NCBI GenBank assembly: GCA_963796285.1
Contig: CAWCKW010000012.1
Coordinates: 1,824,001 to 1,888,000 of the forward strand
Length of the DNA: 64,000 bases
Source of the DNA: Nitrospirota bacterium
GTDB taxonomy: Bacteria; Nitrospirota; UBA9217
Direction of reading: 5' to 3'
The number at the start of each line of letters is the position of its first letter. The stretch's first letter is position 1. This document shows, in pieces, positions 10,227 through 21,444 of the stretch. The notes under the pieces are model-generated. The model was given only the letters and a program-made list of their open reading frames with translations, was not told the origin of the DNA and did not search any database. A program made the position numbers and the translations under genes.

Positions 10227-11189
10227 TTACAGCATGTCTGACAATGCCATATTTCTCATCTTTGTCTGCTTCCTGATTTTGTCGATTGCCTTCTCCTCGA
10301 TCTGTCTGACGCGTTCCCGCGTGAGACCGAGCCGTTTACCGATACTGTTCAGGGTCCACGGGGAATCATCATGGAGACCGAAACGCAACTCGACGACCCT
10401 GCGCTCCGCGTCGTTGAGTTCGGATATCCATTTGTCGATCTGCTTACGCCTGCTCATGGCATCACACGTGCTCTCCGGAGACGGGGCCAGGTCGTCTGCG
10501 ATATAGTCCCCGAGCGTCTCATCCCCGTTATCCATGACGATAACATCAAGCGAATGAGTATCCCGCGAGACCTGTGAGTACATCCGGACCTTCTCGATGC
10601 TGACGTGCATGGCTTCAGCGATCTCTTCGAGATGCGGATTTCGTCTCAGCTGCTGCTTCAATTTTTTTTCTGTGAACGAATACCGATATACTTCCTCGGA
10701 AACGTGCACAGGCAGACGGATGGTCCTGACCTTATTCACGATGGCCCGCTCGATCGCCTGCCTGATCCACCACGTAGCGTAGGTACTGAACCGGAAACCG
10801 CGGTTATACTCAAATTTTTCAACTGCCCGGATCAACCCGATATTTCCTTCTTCGATGATGTCGGAAAAGGGCAGTCCCCTGTTGATGAACCGCTTGCCGA
10901 TGGATACCACTAGCCGCAGGTTGGATTCGATCATCTTACTGCGCGCTTCCAGGTCGCCCTCTGAGACCCTCTTTGCAAGCTCCTGCTCCTGCTCGAACGT
11001 GAGCAGCGGCATCTTCCTCATTTCCTTTAAATAGAACGATATAACATCGGAGGCCCTCGACGGGGATTCCTTCTCTGCGCGGCCAAAGCGAACATCAGCT
11101 GCTTCCTCTGTTGAACTCTTTCCGTCATACATATCATACGAAAAATCAATATCATTTTTGCCTTCAATAGCCTGATGAATTGCGCTCAT
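10227..11189 (-). CDS. RpoD/RpoS-family (group 2-like) sigma factor lacking region 1.1
   Basis: [65 protein letters not shown]. Confidence 0.9.
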   Translation of the reverse strand: MSAIHQAIEGKNDIDFSYDMYDGKSSTEEAADVRFGRAEKESPSRASDVISFYLKEMRKMPLLTFEQEQELAKRVSEGDLEARSKMIESNLRLVVSIGKRFINRGLPFSDIIEEGNIGLIRAVEKFEYNRGFRFSTYATWWIRQAIERAIVNKVRTIRLPVHVSEEVYRYSFTEKKLKQQLRRNPHLEEIAEAMHVSIEKVRMYSQVSRDTHSLDVIVMDNGDETLGDYIADDLAPSPESTCDAMSRRKQIDKWISELNDAERRVVELRFGLHDDSPWTLNSIGKRLGLTRERVRQIEEKAIDKIRKQTKMRNMALSDML

Positions 11190-11343
11190 TGTTTTCTCCT
11201 TGCGTAATAACGCTCATGATGGGTACTGCGCTGCCTAAGCTGCCGGTTTAAGTAATCCTCTTTTTCACAAAAGGCTGCCACATTCTTGAAGAGAGCCGGG
11301 ATGAACGATCTGATTACCGATTATCGTTCCCGCTGCTATTCTC

Positions 11344-11778
11344 TCACATGATCACGCCGTTTCCTGCGGATTGTTGCAGCAGTGGGTGGTTGCTCTTAAC
11401 AGTATCGATCGGTTCAACGTTCAGGGCGCACGCTATTTTGTCTGTGAGCTGCTCAAAGAAAAAGGGTTTTTCGATACATTCTGATACGCCCAACTCACCA
11501 AGCTTCTCCCTTTCGTCCTGGCAGCAGCGACCGCTCATCACAAACAAGGGGACCTGTGGACAGACCTTGTTCCTGTGGTTGATCACCCCGTAGCCGTCCA
11601 TGACAGGCATCTCCAGGTCCGTCAGGATAAACGCGACTGGCAGGGAATCCATCATTGTGATACCTTCCCTGCCGTTTCTCGCGATAAGAGTATTACAGTC
11701 CTTCAACTGTTCGCCGATCACAGCGGCCAGCGCATCCAAAAGTAGAATGTTGTCATCAATGAGAAGAAGGTTGTTCAT
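11344..11778 (-). CDS. Single-domain response regulator
   Basis: LLIDD, LTDLEMPVMDG, EKPF; likely start MNNLLL at 11778. Confidence 0.85.
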   Translation of the reverse strand: MNNLLLIDDNILLLDALAAVIGEQLKDCNTLIARNGREGITMMDSLPVAFILTDLEMPVMDGYGVINHRNKVCPQVPLFVMSGRCCQDEREKLGELGVSECIEKPFFFEQLTDKIACALNVEPIDTVKSNHPLLQQSAGNGVIM

Positions 11779-12217
11779 AGTCGTACTTTCCCGGCGGGTT
11801 CGTCCGGTTATTGTCATTGGAGAGCGCATGCTGCACAATCCGTTCTAACTCAATTTTTTTTATCGGCTTGTTGACAAACTCGAATGCGCCAAGGCTGATC
11901 GAATGCAAGTAGGTCTCGATGTTCGCATGCGCAGTGATCATGATCACCGGCAGACTCGGACGCAATTGCCTCAGCTCAACAAGGAAATCGAGTCCGGATT
12001 TGCCGGGCATTCGATAATCGGTAATGACCAGATCGACCGCAGTATTGTTCCGGATCAGTGACAAGGCGGAATCTACATCCCCGCGGGCTATCACCCGGTA
12101 ATCCAGGTCTATCAGTATTTCACAGTAGTTTCTGACATTCTCCGAATCGTCATCAACTACAAGAATGGTTTTTATGCTTTTCTTCTTTTGCGCGCATGCA
12201 GACACAGCCGGCACCAT
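11756..12217 (-). CDS. Single-domain response regulator
   Basis: ILVVDDD, ITDYRMPGKSG, VIMITA, KP. Confidence 0.85.
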   Translation of the reverse strand: MVPAVSACAQKKKSIKTILVVDDDSENVRNYCEILIDLDYRVIARGDVDSALSLIRNNTAVDLVITDYRMPGKSGLDFLVELRQLRPSLPVIMITAHANIETYLHSISLGAFEFVNKPIKKIELERIVQHALSNDNNRTNPPGKYDYEQPSSH

Positions 12218-12262
12218 GAGTTACCATGAACGGAATAAAATGAATGATGTTAGAAGCAGTAT

Positions 12263-12278
12263 AGCAAGACTGGTACCA
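12263..12278 (-). promoter_or_regulatory. Sigma54 (-24/-12) promoter
   Basis: Minus strand TGGTAC-CAGTC-TTGCT matches TGGCAC-N5-TTGCW with exact GG-N10-GC spacing. Confidence 0.75.
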
Positions 12279-12343
12279 GATCTGAATAGTGCAGAGAATA
12301 AAGGGAATAGCAAAAAGAGCAGACAGTGGAAAGCAGAAGACTC

Positions 12344-12390
12344 TTCATTTTGAACGGTTCAGTTTGGACAGATCCGATCATATTGATCGG
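12344..12390. promoter_or_regulatory. Putative enhancer sites (UAS) for a sigma54 activator
   Basis: Three adjacent TCA-N3-TGA-type dyads: TTCATTTTGAA, GTTCAGTTTGGAC, CCGATCATATTGATCGG; 65-110 bp upstream of the -24 box. Confidence 0.55.
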
Positions 12391-12426
12391 GTGCGGGTAT
12401 GATCGGAGCTTACAAGGAATGCTTCT

Positions 12427-13756
<1,330 letters not shown>

Positions 13757-13770
<14 letters not shown>

Positions 13771-16144
13771 AAGATCCCTGCGGAAGCGTAACAGTCACGA
13801 CGGTCCCGATGTCCTTCTTGCTTTCTATGGCAATGGTGCCGTTCATCCTGGTGATCATTTTCTTGACGATAACGAGCCCGAGACCCGTCCCGGTCGCCTT
13901 GGTCGTGTAAAAGGGTTTGAACAGGTCCTTCACCTTGTCCTCCGGGATCCCGCATCCATTGTCTTCCACCTGGATGAGGACCATGTCGTCCGGCCTGGAG
14001 ATGCGCATGGCGATCTTCGGATGGTCGCGTTCTCGAACAGCATCGGTGGCATTGGTGATAAGGTTCAGCAGCACCTGTTGCAGCGCCCGCGGATCGGCAT
14101 ACAACCGGTCCGCCTGCGGGTCCATCTTGACTTCGAACGCGATGTCCTTTTTCTGGAAGCCGTCTTTCACGAGCGGCAGGAATTGTTCCATGAATGACGT
14201 CATCATCAGAGTCTGCGGTTCCTGGGTCTCGTACATGTTGAAGCTCTTGAGCGAGCTCAAAAGAAATTCCACACGCCCGATCTGGCCCGCGATCCGGTCC
14301 AGATAGTCCCTGATCGCATCCTTGGTCAAGTCCGGCAGTTTGTAGCTCAGGATGCCCAGGATCATATTGACCGCGTTGATGGGGTTCCCGATCTCGTGCC
14401 GGACACTGGAAAAAATATAGCCGATGCTGTCCATGGTACTGACCGACTCGGCAATGGCCTCGAGCCGGAGTTTCTCGGTGATGTCCCTTTTCAGGGAAAC
14501 ATAATTCAGGATCTCTCCCGAAGGGCCCTTCACCGGAGATATCGTGCACTCTTCGTAGTACAGGGTCCCGTCTTTCTTCTTACTGACCATCTGTCCCCGC
14601 CAGACTCCGTCACGCAGCATCGTTTCCCTGAGCTCCTGGTAGAACTGAATGCCCTGCTTGCCGCTGTCCAGCACGTGCAGCTTGCGGCCAAGCAACTCAT
14701 CCTTCGTATACCCCGTTAACTGCTCGAATGCCGGGTTCACATACTGGATCAAGCCCAGCGACGGCTCGGTGATGACAACCCCCTCGGGCGTGGATTCCAC
14801 GGCGGAAGCCAGCCGCGCTCGTTCTTCCTCAATGCTGAACCGGTAGACCGCCTCGCCGATGATATGCCCCAGATGTTCAAGGAATTCCACGTTTTTGAGC
14901 GGCGCCAGGCCTTCCCGCTGATCGGCAAGATGGATCGCCCCAAGCGGCTGGCCCCGGTATCGGATGGGGATGACGGCAAGGGATTTGAAACCATTCTTCA
15001 TGCACGTGCCGCGATAGTGCCTCTTCTCATCATCGGCCAGATTTTCAACGAACTGAAGCGAATTATTGGAATAGAACGAACCGTTCATTGTCAGGGAGGG
15101 AAGGTCCGAAGACTCCGGCATTCCCGCTACGATCCGCGTACAGATGCAATGGTCCCCGGCCAGCGACAGCTCGTTCTCCTGCTTCAGAAACGCCTCGCCA
15201 TACCCCTCGCACGCCTCGAACGGCGCCTTCTTGTCCGGAAGTGCGATCCGCACCCCGACACTGCGGCAGCCGCTCCAGTCGCTCAGCAGACCGCAGACGG
15301 CCTCCAGATATTCCTTGCGCGTGATCTTGAAGGTAAACAGCTTGAGGAGCGCGTTCATGATGTCCGTGCGCTTTTGGGTGTCCCTTCGCTCGGTGATGTC
15401 GCGCGCGATGATGCTGAGCATGGGGTTGCCTTCCCTGTCCCGAAACAGGACAGAGGATATTTCACAAGGGACCGCCGTTCCATCCTTTCTGATAACATCA
15501 ACCTCGCCGCGGGTCCTTCCGGTTCGCTCACGCTCGGTGATCAGGGATGCGACGTAAGGGTCCGCCTGATTGACAATGGCTGATCTGCCCGCCCGGCAGA
15601 TCTCCTCCTCGGTCATGTCGAGCAGATGACGGGCAGCCGGGTTCGCCGACACAATGGTCCCATCGGGTTTCATGAGGACAATAGCATCAAGACTGGAGTC
15701 AAACAGCCGGTGGTATTGTTCCTCGCTCGCCCGCAGCTCTTCCTCGGCCTTCCTGCGCGCACGGCGCGTGCCGGCTTCGCGCAGTTCCCGTTCCACCGCG
15801 GGAACGAGCCTGGATAGATTGCCTTTGATGATATAATCGTGGGCGCCCGCCTTCATCGCCTCCACGGCGATGTCCTCGCCGATATTGCCCGACACGATGA
15901 TGAACGGCAGGTCCAGTCCGCTGTCCTTGAGAACGGCCAGGGCATCGAGTCCGCTGAACGTGGGAAGGACGTAATCCGAGATGACGATGTCCCATTCCCG
16001 GTTCGCGAGCGCGGAGCGCATGGCTTCAGGCGTCTCGACGCGTTCATGGGCCGGATCATAGCCGGCGCGCCGCAGTTCCCGCAGCAGGAGCAGACAGTCT
16101 TCCTCGTAATCCTCTACGATCAGTATGTTAAGAGGCTTGGTCAT
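13757..16144 (-). CDS. Receiver-PAS-GAF-PAS histidine kinase
   Basis: Start MTKPLNILIVED; SDYVLP receiver, PAS, Cys-rich GAF, PAS, RHEIGNP H-box, NLITNA, DNGCG, GTGLGL. Confidence 0.88.
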
Positions 16145-16152
16145 ATGTTGAG

Positions 16153-16246
16153 AAGTTGCAGGTTTCAAGTTTCAAGTTTAAGGTTCCAAGTCTCGGGTTT
16201 GCAAACTTGAGACTTGAGACTGTTTTTATTCTGAGACTTGAGACTA
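16153..16246. repeat. Inverted heptamer array (AAGTTTC-like x7, GAGACTT-like x5), no cargo
   Basis: aagttgc aggtttc aagtttc aagttta aggttcc aagtctc gggtttg | caaactt gagactt gagactg ... gagactt gagacta; fills the spacer between a stop and the next start. Confidence 0.85.
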
Positions 16247-16248
16247 TT

Positions 16249-16680
16249 TTACGGCGATTCATTCAACACCAGCCAGTACAGCCCCAGCTGGTTTACGGCT
16301 TCGGCGAACGAGTTGAAGTCCACGGGTTTTCTGACGTAGCTGTTCGCGCCAAAATGGTAGCTTTCGACGCGGTCCCGGTCCTCGCTCGACGTGGTCAGAA
16401 CAACAACGGGCAAAAGCTTCGTCCGCTCGTCTTTGCGTATGCGCTGAAGCGTCTCGAGGCCGTCCATCCTGGGCATCTTGAGGTCCAGCAGCACTACCTG
16501 GGGCAGGACCTTCGTATCGCGGCCCGCGTACTTGCCGGTCCCAAACAGGTACTCCAGTGCCTCAACCCCGTCCTGCGCGACCACCACCTCATTCATGATC
16601 TTGCTTTTCTTGAGGGCCCGGAGCGTGAGCTGCACGTCGTCGGGATTGTCCTCGGCTAAGAGAATGACTTTTGTCTTCAT
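16249..16680 (-). CDS. Single-domain response regulator (Rcp1-like)
   Basis: ILLAEDNPDD, LLDLKMPRMDG, VLTTS, ANSYVRKPVDF; GGAGG RBS. Confidence 0.9.
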   Translation of the reverse strand: MKTKVILLAEDNPDDVQLTLRALKKSKIMNEVVVAQDGVEALEYLFGTGKYAGRDTKVLPQVVLLDLKMPRMDGLETLQRIRKDERTKLLPVVVLTTSSEDRDRVESYHFGANSYVRKPVDFNSFAEAVNQLGLYWLVLNESP

Positions 16681-16708
16681 GAGACCTCCGTGAATAGTTT
16701 TCACTTGT

Positions 16709-16743
16709 AAGTCGCAGGTTTCAGGTTTCAAGTTTCAGATTGG
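16709..16743. repeat. Heptamer arm (AGGTTTC/AAGTTTC) flanking four-helix-bundle gene 1
   Basis: aagtcgc aggtttc aggtttc aagtttc aga; a degenerate inverted arm (gagactt, gaagcct, caacctt, gaaacag) lies at about 17191-17255. Confidence 0.7.
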
Positions 16744-16764
16744 AGAAACAGTTGATAGTGTCAC

Positions 16765-17173
16765 TTTTCACATATTGACCTCCACATCGCACCTGAAGAA
16801 CCCAAAGGGATATGAGTCATGAATCCACTGATCATTTTACAGGATTTCGAGACGTATTCACTTGTGAGCAATCTTTCAAAGTCTCTTTATCTAGATATTC
16901 TTGATCAACGGCTATATAAAGTTGAGCTTCACTCATCCCGAGCTGAACCTTTTGCTATCGACAGAAATTGTCCGAGTATCACCGTTTCCGCACCGTTCAA
17001 AACTCTGCGATATTCGACATAACTGACGAACTTGCATTGCGTATCTGATCGCGAAGCCTGAAATCTTTTGAGATACAAGACCCCTTGCTCGGTAATGCAT
17101 AAATATCCTTGCGTCTCTTCACGGTGATTTCTGCCAGGCGTTGATTTCTTCAAATCTCTGATAATGTCGCCAT
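16765..17173 (-). pseudogene. Four-helix-bundle (23S rRNA IVP family) protein 1, multiply frameshifted
   Basis: GAGGAG RBS and ATG at 17173. Stitching frames gives MAT-YQRFEEINAWQKS...KDIYA...SKDFRLRDQIRNASSSVMSNIAE-FER.GNG...QFLSIAKGS...QLYIAVDQEYLD...KMISGFM. AT-rich; 3' end approximate. Confidence 0.75.
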
Positions 17174-17258
17174 GTCTTCTCCTCTAATTTGAGACTTTAA
17201 ATCACGCAGGCTGAAGCCTGAGCTACCAATTGACAACCTTTGCAGCTTGAAACAGTCT

Positions 17259-20200
17259 TTACCCCAGCGTAAAATAGACCGTCGTTCCCTTGTCCGTTTC
17301 GCTTTCGATCCACACCCGGCCGCCGTGGCGGTTGATAATGCGCTTGACCGTGGCAAGGCCGATGCCGGTGCCGGGAAATTCCTCGATCTTGTGCAGCCGC
17401 TGGAAGGGGCTGAACAGCTTGCCCGCATAGGCCATGTCGAACCCCACGCCGTTGTCTTTCACATAGAATGCTTCGGCATTCTCCCTGTGGGCGACGCCGA
17501 ATTGTATCACACTCCGGCTTGCTTTTTCACTAAATTTCCATGCATTGGAGAACAGGTTCTCAAGCGCCACGGTCAGGAGGCGGGCGTCACCGTATGCGGT
17601 AAGGCCGTCGGCAATGTCGAATTCCGCGGACCGCTCGGGGTGGCTTTCCGCGAGCCTTCCCGCAACGTCCTTCGCGATGACGCTCAGGTCGACACGTTCG
17701 CGGTTCATTTCGCTTCGGGTGACGCGGGAAAGTTTGAGGAGATCGTCAATGAGGTGCCCCATCCGCACGGTGGCATTCCGGACGCGGTCAAGGTAGCTTT
17801 TGCCCGTATCGTCCAGCTTGTCCACATAATCTTCGAGAAGGGCGAGGCTGAAACCCTCGATGCTCCGGAGCGGGGAGCGGAGGTCGTGGGACACCGAGTA
17901 CGCGAAGGCCTCCAGTTCCTTGTTCATGCTCTCAAGCTCGGTCGTGCGTTCGATCACGCGCGCCTCGAGCTCCTGGTTGAGCTTTTGGATTTCCTCCTCG
18001 GCCTGCTTGCGCTCGACTATTTTCCAGACCGAATCCATCAAGAGCGTCATTTGGTTGGAGTCGCTGTGCGTGTACTCCGCGGACCTGTTGGCAAAGCCTA
18101 CAACCGCAACGATGCGGCCTTCGCTGAAAACAGGGACACTGAAGAAGCGAAGCAATGGCGCGTGGCCTTCCGGATAGCCCTTCTTCAAGGGATGCGGAGC
18201 GGCAAAATCATTTACGATGATGGGCGTGCGCTGCCTGACCACTTCGCCCCAGATGCCGGTTTTTTCGAGCTTGTAATCTGTCTGCGGGTTGGCGATCGTG
18301 CATTCAGCCATCACGTCCTTTGACCAGGCGTGAAGGATAAAATCCTGAGTATCTTCACGGTAGAAATAGAGATAGCCGAACTTGCTGCCGGAAAGAGCGA
18401 TCGCCTCGTCAAGCGCAAAATCCAGCAGCTCCCGCATCGATGCCGCGGGATATTGCGAAATCCTTAAAATACTTTCGGTGCGCGCCTCGTCCTGCCTCGC
18501 GATGTCTTCCGCCTTCTTGCGCTCGGTGATGTCGCGGGCGGCGGCGAACACGCCGATGACGTTCCCCGACTCGTCGCGGTAAACCGCAGCGTTGTACAGC
18601 ACGGGGGTAAGATGTCCGTCCTTGTGCCGGAGTTCGAGGTCGTAGTCCTTGACCGAGCTTTCACGGAACACCTGCTGATACCCCGCGCGCGCTTTTTCCG
18701 GGTCCGTGAAATAGTCGGAGAAATCGGTGCCGATCAGTTCTTCGCGGGACCGGCCTGTCACGGTTTCCGTGGCAACGTTCACGTCAGTGATCTTGCCGTT
18801 CGCGTTAATGGTCACCAGCGGGTCGAGGCTGGCTTCGAGCAGACTGCGGTTGTAGACATTGGCCAGCCGAATGGCTTCCGCCTGCTTGCGCTCGGTAATG
18901 TCCCGGAAGGCGCCGATGACCTTTACGACCCTGCTGTCCTCGCGGATGGCCTTGCCCACGGCTTCCACCCAGATCAAGCGGCCCTTGGCCGTGACCAGCT
19001 GCAGTTCCAGGGAGAAATCCTTCCCCTGCTCGATGGCCTCCTTGACCGCGGCACTGATGAGCGGCACACTCTCGGGCGCGTAGAAGTCAATGGCCGTTTC
19101 CACCGTCGGCGAGAACTCAGCCGGCGACGTTTCGTGGATCCGGTAGGTTTCCTCGGTCCAGTAGAGGGTGTTCTTAACCAGGTCCAGTTCCCACCCGCCT
19201 ACGCGGGCGATGGCCTGGGTTTCATCGAGCAGGGTGGCCGTTCGCTGCAATTCCTCATTCGTCTTCTTGCGTTCGTCGATCTCTTTTTCGAGATCAGCAT
19301 GGGATTCGCGCAATTTTTCCGTCATCGTATTGAACGAGCTGGAAAGCCCGGCGAATTCATCTTGTGCGCCATTTCCGACCCGGTGGCTCAGGTCGCCCGC
19401 GGCAATGGCTTCCGCGCCTTTTTGCAGGGACAGTATCGGTCCGGTAACCGTTCTGGAGATCGCCAGCGCCGCAAGTGCCCCGAAAAACACTATAAAGATA
19501 CCGATGGAGATCACGAGAATCAGCAGCTTCCGGACAGGGGCGAATGCTTCCGATGCATCGATCTTTGTAACCAGCCCCCACCGCAAAAAGGGAATATAGC
19601 GCCACGAACCCAGCACCTCGTTGCCGCTATAATCATACGTAATGCCTGAACCGTTTTCTCCCTGGGCCGCTTTTATCGCCGGGACCCCTATCTGTTTCCT
19701 GCAAAGAAACGACCTTTTTTAATGCCGCGTTCGGATCATGCCGCAGGGGACTCAAAAATAATATCTGGTCCCCTTCCTTTCTGGCAATCAACGCTTCCCC
19801 GGTTGTTCCCAGGCCGGTGGTGTCCTGGATAAATTTGAAAATGGGGACCATATCAATTTCAATGGCGACCGTGCCAATGAAAGCGCCTTGCAGGTCGCGT
19901 ACCGGAGCGATCCCGATCATTTCAGCGCGCCGGTCCTCTTCCATGCCGAAAAAGACATCGGTAAAATAGATTCCTTTTTTGCCTTCCTCAAAGAACGTCC
20001 TGTTTTGAAAAGGTTTGCCCAGTTGAGCGGCGGAGTGCTCGTTATTGCTGGCGTAAACGACCGTTCCCCGCGCGTCCGTGAGCATCACATCCAGATATCC
20101 AGAGGCCTGCTGAAACGTCTTGAGCTGATCGTCCAGGTCTTTCTTGGCCTTCACATATGCGGGGTCGGTACTATCGCGCTGCCGCGCGTTCAAAACAGGA

Positions 20201-20430
20201 AGGTTGCGCCTGATGTTACGGAAATCCTGGGCCGAGCTGAGGTCGGCCTGCCGCTCCTGAAAAAACGCCTCGATCTTGTCTTTCTTGAAGTCCGCGCTGT
20301 TGTTCAGCTGCGCCATACGGACTGTCTTCAAGATGTCCTTTGCGCGCGAAAAGACAAGAGAGCCGAACAGGACAAGCGGGACCAGCGTGAAGGCCATCAA
20401 TAAGATAATCAGTTTTGTTTTAATCGGCAT
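17259..20430 (-). CDS. Cache-HAMP-PAS-PAS-GAF sensor histidine kinase (frameshift near 19680)
   Basis: 19633-20430 gives a TM helix and Cache-like periplasmic domain. 17259-19616 gives TM, HAMP, PAS x2, GAF, YSVSHDLRSPL, DNGVGF, GTGIGL. Confidence 0.85.
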
Positions 20431-20449
20431 GAGTTAATCCTCAAAAAAT

Positions 20450-20545
20450 AAGTCTCAAGTTTCAGGTCTCAGGTTTCGGGTTTCAGGTTTCAGATTTCAA
20501 GCCTTTGTTCGTAACTTGAGACTGTAAACATGAGACTTGAGACTA
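20450..20545. repeat. Inverted heptamer array (AAGTTTC family), no cargo
   Basis: aagtctc aagtttc aggtctc aggtttc gggtttc aggtttc agatttc aagcctt ... taactt gagactg taaacat gagactt gagacta. Confidence 0.85.
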
Positions 20546-20977
20546 AATCCACCTTTCCAGCTCATTCCGTATATGCTTCGTGAATTGGTCCAGGTCCACG
20601 GACTTGTTCAGAAAACTGTTCGCCCCGTTTTTATAGGAGCTGCCTTGTCCGATTCGAGGTCCGAGTGCGTAACAATGATCACGGGTATCGGGCGGAGGCG
20701 TTCATCAGACCGGATCTCGCGCAGGACGTCGAGTCCATCCATGCCCGGCATTTTCAGGTCAAGCAGGATCAGCGAGGCAGCGCGCATCTCCGCCCGGAGG
20801 AACGCCAGGCCCACCTGGCCGCTCGGGGCGGATTCAACCTTGAGGTGTCCCGGCTGATTTTCGTCAGGACCATTTTCGTCGAGCAGGATATCGTCTTCAC
20901 TGTCGTCGATGATGAGGACGCATTTGTTGCGGATTGCGGATTACGGAATTTTATCGGATTGCGGACTTATTCGTCAT
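20543..20977 (-). CDS. Single-domain response regulator, frameshifted
   Basis: KCVLIIDDSEDD...LILLDLKMPGMDG...VIIVTHS...GANSFLNKSVDLDQF across frames; TTGCGGA heptamers sit at its 5' end. Confidence 0.7.
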
Positions 20978-21432
20978 TGCGGAAAGCGGGAATGCATGCG
21001 GCAGTTTATGAAGCTGTCATTATTGTTCATTTACATTGTCCTTGTTGCCGTTTTGATCGATGAAACTGTGATTGCCAGCAACTCGTCGGCTTCCTTCATG
21101 AGATCTGCTGCATTTGGTGATATTACAATGCCGGAATCTATCAATAGCTCCATCCAATAGATGGATTCATCAGCCTCTTCCTCCATGAATGCCCATTTTC
21201 GCTATAAAATCCGCTGAAGAACGCGCCCTGCATGCCGCCCGATAATTATGCTCCAACCGATGTCCCTGATCGTAATCAATTGTCTTCCAAGAATATCCGC
21301 TGTCTTTCCTTTGGGAGCGATTAAACGCAAATTGAATCACATTCCGAAGCAAATTTCTTCGTCCGTTTTCTCAGATCGTCCTTGTTCACATTCTTCTCCG
21401 CTTTTCATTCCGCAATCCGAAGATCCGCAATT
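20926..21432. mobile_element. TTGCGGA/TCCGCAA heptamer-bounded cassette carrying four-helix-bundle gene 2
   Basis: ttgcgga ttgcgga ttacgga ... tcgga ttgcgga on the left; ttccgcaa tccgaaga tccgcaa on the right, in inverted orientation around the gene. Mobility is inferred. Confidence 0.55.
21031..21389 (-). pseudogene. Four-helix-bundle (23S rRNA IVP family) protein 2, multiply frameshifted
   Basis: GGAG RBS and GTG start. Stitched: MNKDDLRKRTKKFA...PKGKTADILGRQL.RSGTSVGA-NYRAACRARSSADFIAKMGI-EEEADESIYWMELLIDSG...LMKEADELLAITVSSIKT. Confidence 0.8.
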
Positions 21433-21444
21433 GAACCAATCGCA

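Noticed and set aside
16153-20545. Heptamer arrays as CRISPR
   Set aside because: The units are 7 bp, degenerate and without unique spacers, and no cas genes are present.
16765-21389. Diversity-generating retroelement (because of the Avd-like proteins)
   Set aside because: No reverse transcriptase and no template/variable repeat pair with adenine-specific mismatches was seen in the window.
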